Below are positions 62,251 through 64,000 of a stretch of DNA of 64,000 nucleotides, one piece after another (position 1 is the first letter of the stretch; every line of letters starts with the position of its first letter). Source of the DNA: Coniocarpon cinnabarinum (lineage: Eukaryota). The translations under genes and the position numbers were made by a program. The stretch lies in NCBI GenBank assembly GCA_051942205.1, contig JAVECO010000133.1, forward strand, positions 1 to 64,000, in the 5' to 3' direction. The notes beneath the pieces are model-generated. The model searched no databases. It saw only the letters and a program-made list of their open reading frames with translations, and had not been told where the DNA came from.

Positions 62251-63085
62251 ATGTCGCTGCTAGAATATCATTTGGAGCAAATCCAGCTATGCGCTTCGAC
62301 TATAGAACAGCTTCCGTTCCCGCCCTCCAAGATATTTACCAATGCTATGCTCAACACTGGTGATATTACAAGCCTGATTCGAGACACTGAAGCTCATGAA
62401 CGCGCACTGTTTTCCCTTGCTCCCTCGGAAGATCACAGTCACCGTAGACGGACTGTCGCACCTGCTAAGCGCAGAGCGACCACCTTGCCAAGCCAGCAGG
62501 AAGAAGTCGGATTGCAGCCAACCTTCCGAGCCCCTCGCAAAGGCACAGCAGTCGCTTCTGTCCTAGGCGGGGATCTGAGCGAAAAGATCCGTAGGGAGTA
62601 CCAGCGCGATACGCGGGAATACAGCAAGGACCGCAGGCAGCAGCGTGATGACTTTGACGTCGAACTTCTGCTGACTGGAGCGCAGCGATTGTGCTCCGTC
62701 TAGTGAGTGTTTCCTACTTTTTCGAGGCAGCGAAGACAAATTGACAATGCGTAGTCCGATACCCGGTGCCTTGGAACGGATCGCAGCGCTGCGGCATCGC
62801 AACGCCAAAGTGAGTGATTCGCTCGACCATTACGAGAATCTTGTAGAAGAACAGTCAATACAATTGCGACGTATGAATGGCCTATCCTCGGCCAGTCTCG
62901 ACGATGAAGCAGACGAAGAGGTGGTCACGAATAACAGGACGTCGATGTCAGCAATTGAAACGCCGATGACGGCGGAAGACTTGAGAAAGGAAGAGGAGGG
63001 CATCGCGGAGCTCGAGCGCAAGAAGCGAACATTAGAGGAGCGAGTGAATGGGATTGAGAAAGACTTGGGAGGACTCATGAGATGA
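62251..63085 (+). CDS. SPC34: DASH/Dam1 kinetochore complex subunit Spc34
   Basis: Exons 62251-62702 and 62755-63085. HLEQIQLCASTIEQLPFPPSKIFTNAML..DITSLIRDTEAHERALF; LCSVYPIPGA; C-terminal coiled coil. Confidence 0.92.
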
Positions 63086-63372
63086 GGAATTCATTCACAA
63101 AGCTATGGAATGAGATGTAGGGGCGATAGATACCCTGCGGCGAGGCGTTCGCGGATTTGCGATTACTTCGCAGGCATGTTGAGAGTGTTGTTCCTTGAAT
63201 CTTGAAGATGATCGTCTTGGGGCGAGGGAACTGGACATACCTATCAATATCCATATAGCAAGGTGTTCCCGGCCTACCAACGCCTATCTCATCATCTCTA
63301 CTTTCTTGACTACTTCTTGATAGATCTATAGGTAACGTGCGTTTTCCACCCAACACTTTCACAATCGCAGTC

Positions 63373-64000
63373 ATGGCTCAAGACGATGAGATGCAGCTTG
63401 ATGAATCAGCACCTCAGACAAATGGGGAGCGTGATGTGAAAGATGGTGCGTGACCTCGTTGTTACCGCAAGTTCTGTCAACTAATCATTCATCAGACATC
63501 ATTTCTAATCTCGAGCTTCTGCAGCTTGCGGTCCAACAATTTGATGTGCGGTTCGTACTGAGGGCTCTCCGAGCAGTCAGTTCCATCAGAAAGCGTCTAA
63601 CCAAAGATGCCGATGGCTTGGAAATCCTCAAGGCCGCTCGCGAGACGCGCACTTCCACCACCAACGACAAGGGTTCTGTGACAGCGAAAAAGCTCCGTGT
63701 GGAGCCTGGAAGTTTATTGCCCGAGGAAGAGGTGTATCTGGCCATTTTGAGACAAGTATGACGTGGAGCTGTTCTTGCTGTGGAATCATGACTGACATAC
63801 CATGCTACAGGTTGTCTACTTTGACACCCAACGATATGACGCCGGCGCCAAATTCTCACTTGAATTTGTTGATATAATGCGCAATTTCAACAGGAGGACA
63901 CTTGATCCTTTGGGGGCGAAAGTGTACTTCTATCTCCAGCTCCTTTTTGAAAGGCTCAGCCCAGCACCGCCGTCTCGTCAGTCGCCAGTTTTCGAGATAC
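63373..64000 (+). CDS. RPN3: 26S proteasome lid subunit Rpn3 (5' part; runs off the window)
   Basis: AVQQFDVRFVLRALRAVSSIRKRL, LLPEEEVYLAILRQV, NRRTLDPLGAKVYFY; two introns. Confidence 0.9.

Overview
Eukaryotic DNA from a filamentous ascomycete. Short GT..AG introns with CTRAC-type branch points, RIP-mutated repeats and the gene families suggest Pezizomycotina, probably Dothideomycete-like (inference). Genes were reconstructed by hand-splicing. The first ~35 kb is accessory-like: a sugar transporter, a secreted Cys-containing protein, four PTH11-like (fungal rhodopsin-domain) membrane proteins, two diverged paralogues of an unrecognised family, RTG2, an unusual tautomerase-fold gene, a stand-alone NRPS-like adenylation enzyme and a minisatellite with RIP-like changes. 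The rest is mostly housekeeping (VPS62, a TFIIIC subunit, RPL10, RPL30, TAF12, SPC34, RPN3). It also holds a Tse2-like ADP-ribosyltransferase-fold gene, an enoyl reductase, and a full-length, heavily RIP-mutated Tad1-like LINE whose 15-bp target-site duplication shows it inserted into the 3' end of an acyltransferase pseudogene. Top leads: a canonical kink-turn just upstream of the branch point of an RPL30 intron (candidate L30 splicing autoregulation); a tautomerase whose catalytic Pro-1 sits behind a GTG codon and a 122-aa leader; and a receptor/adenylation-enzyme/receptor module.
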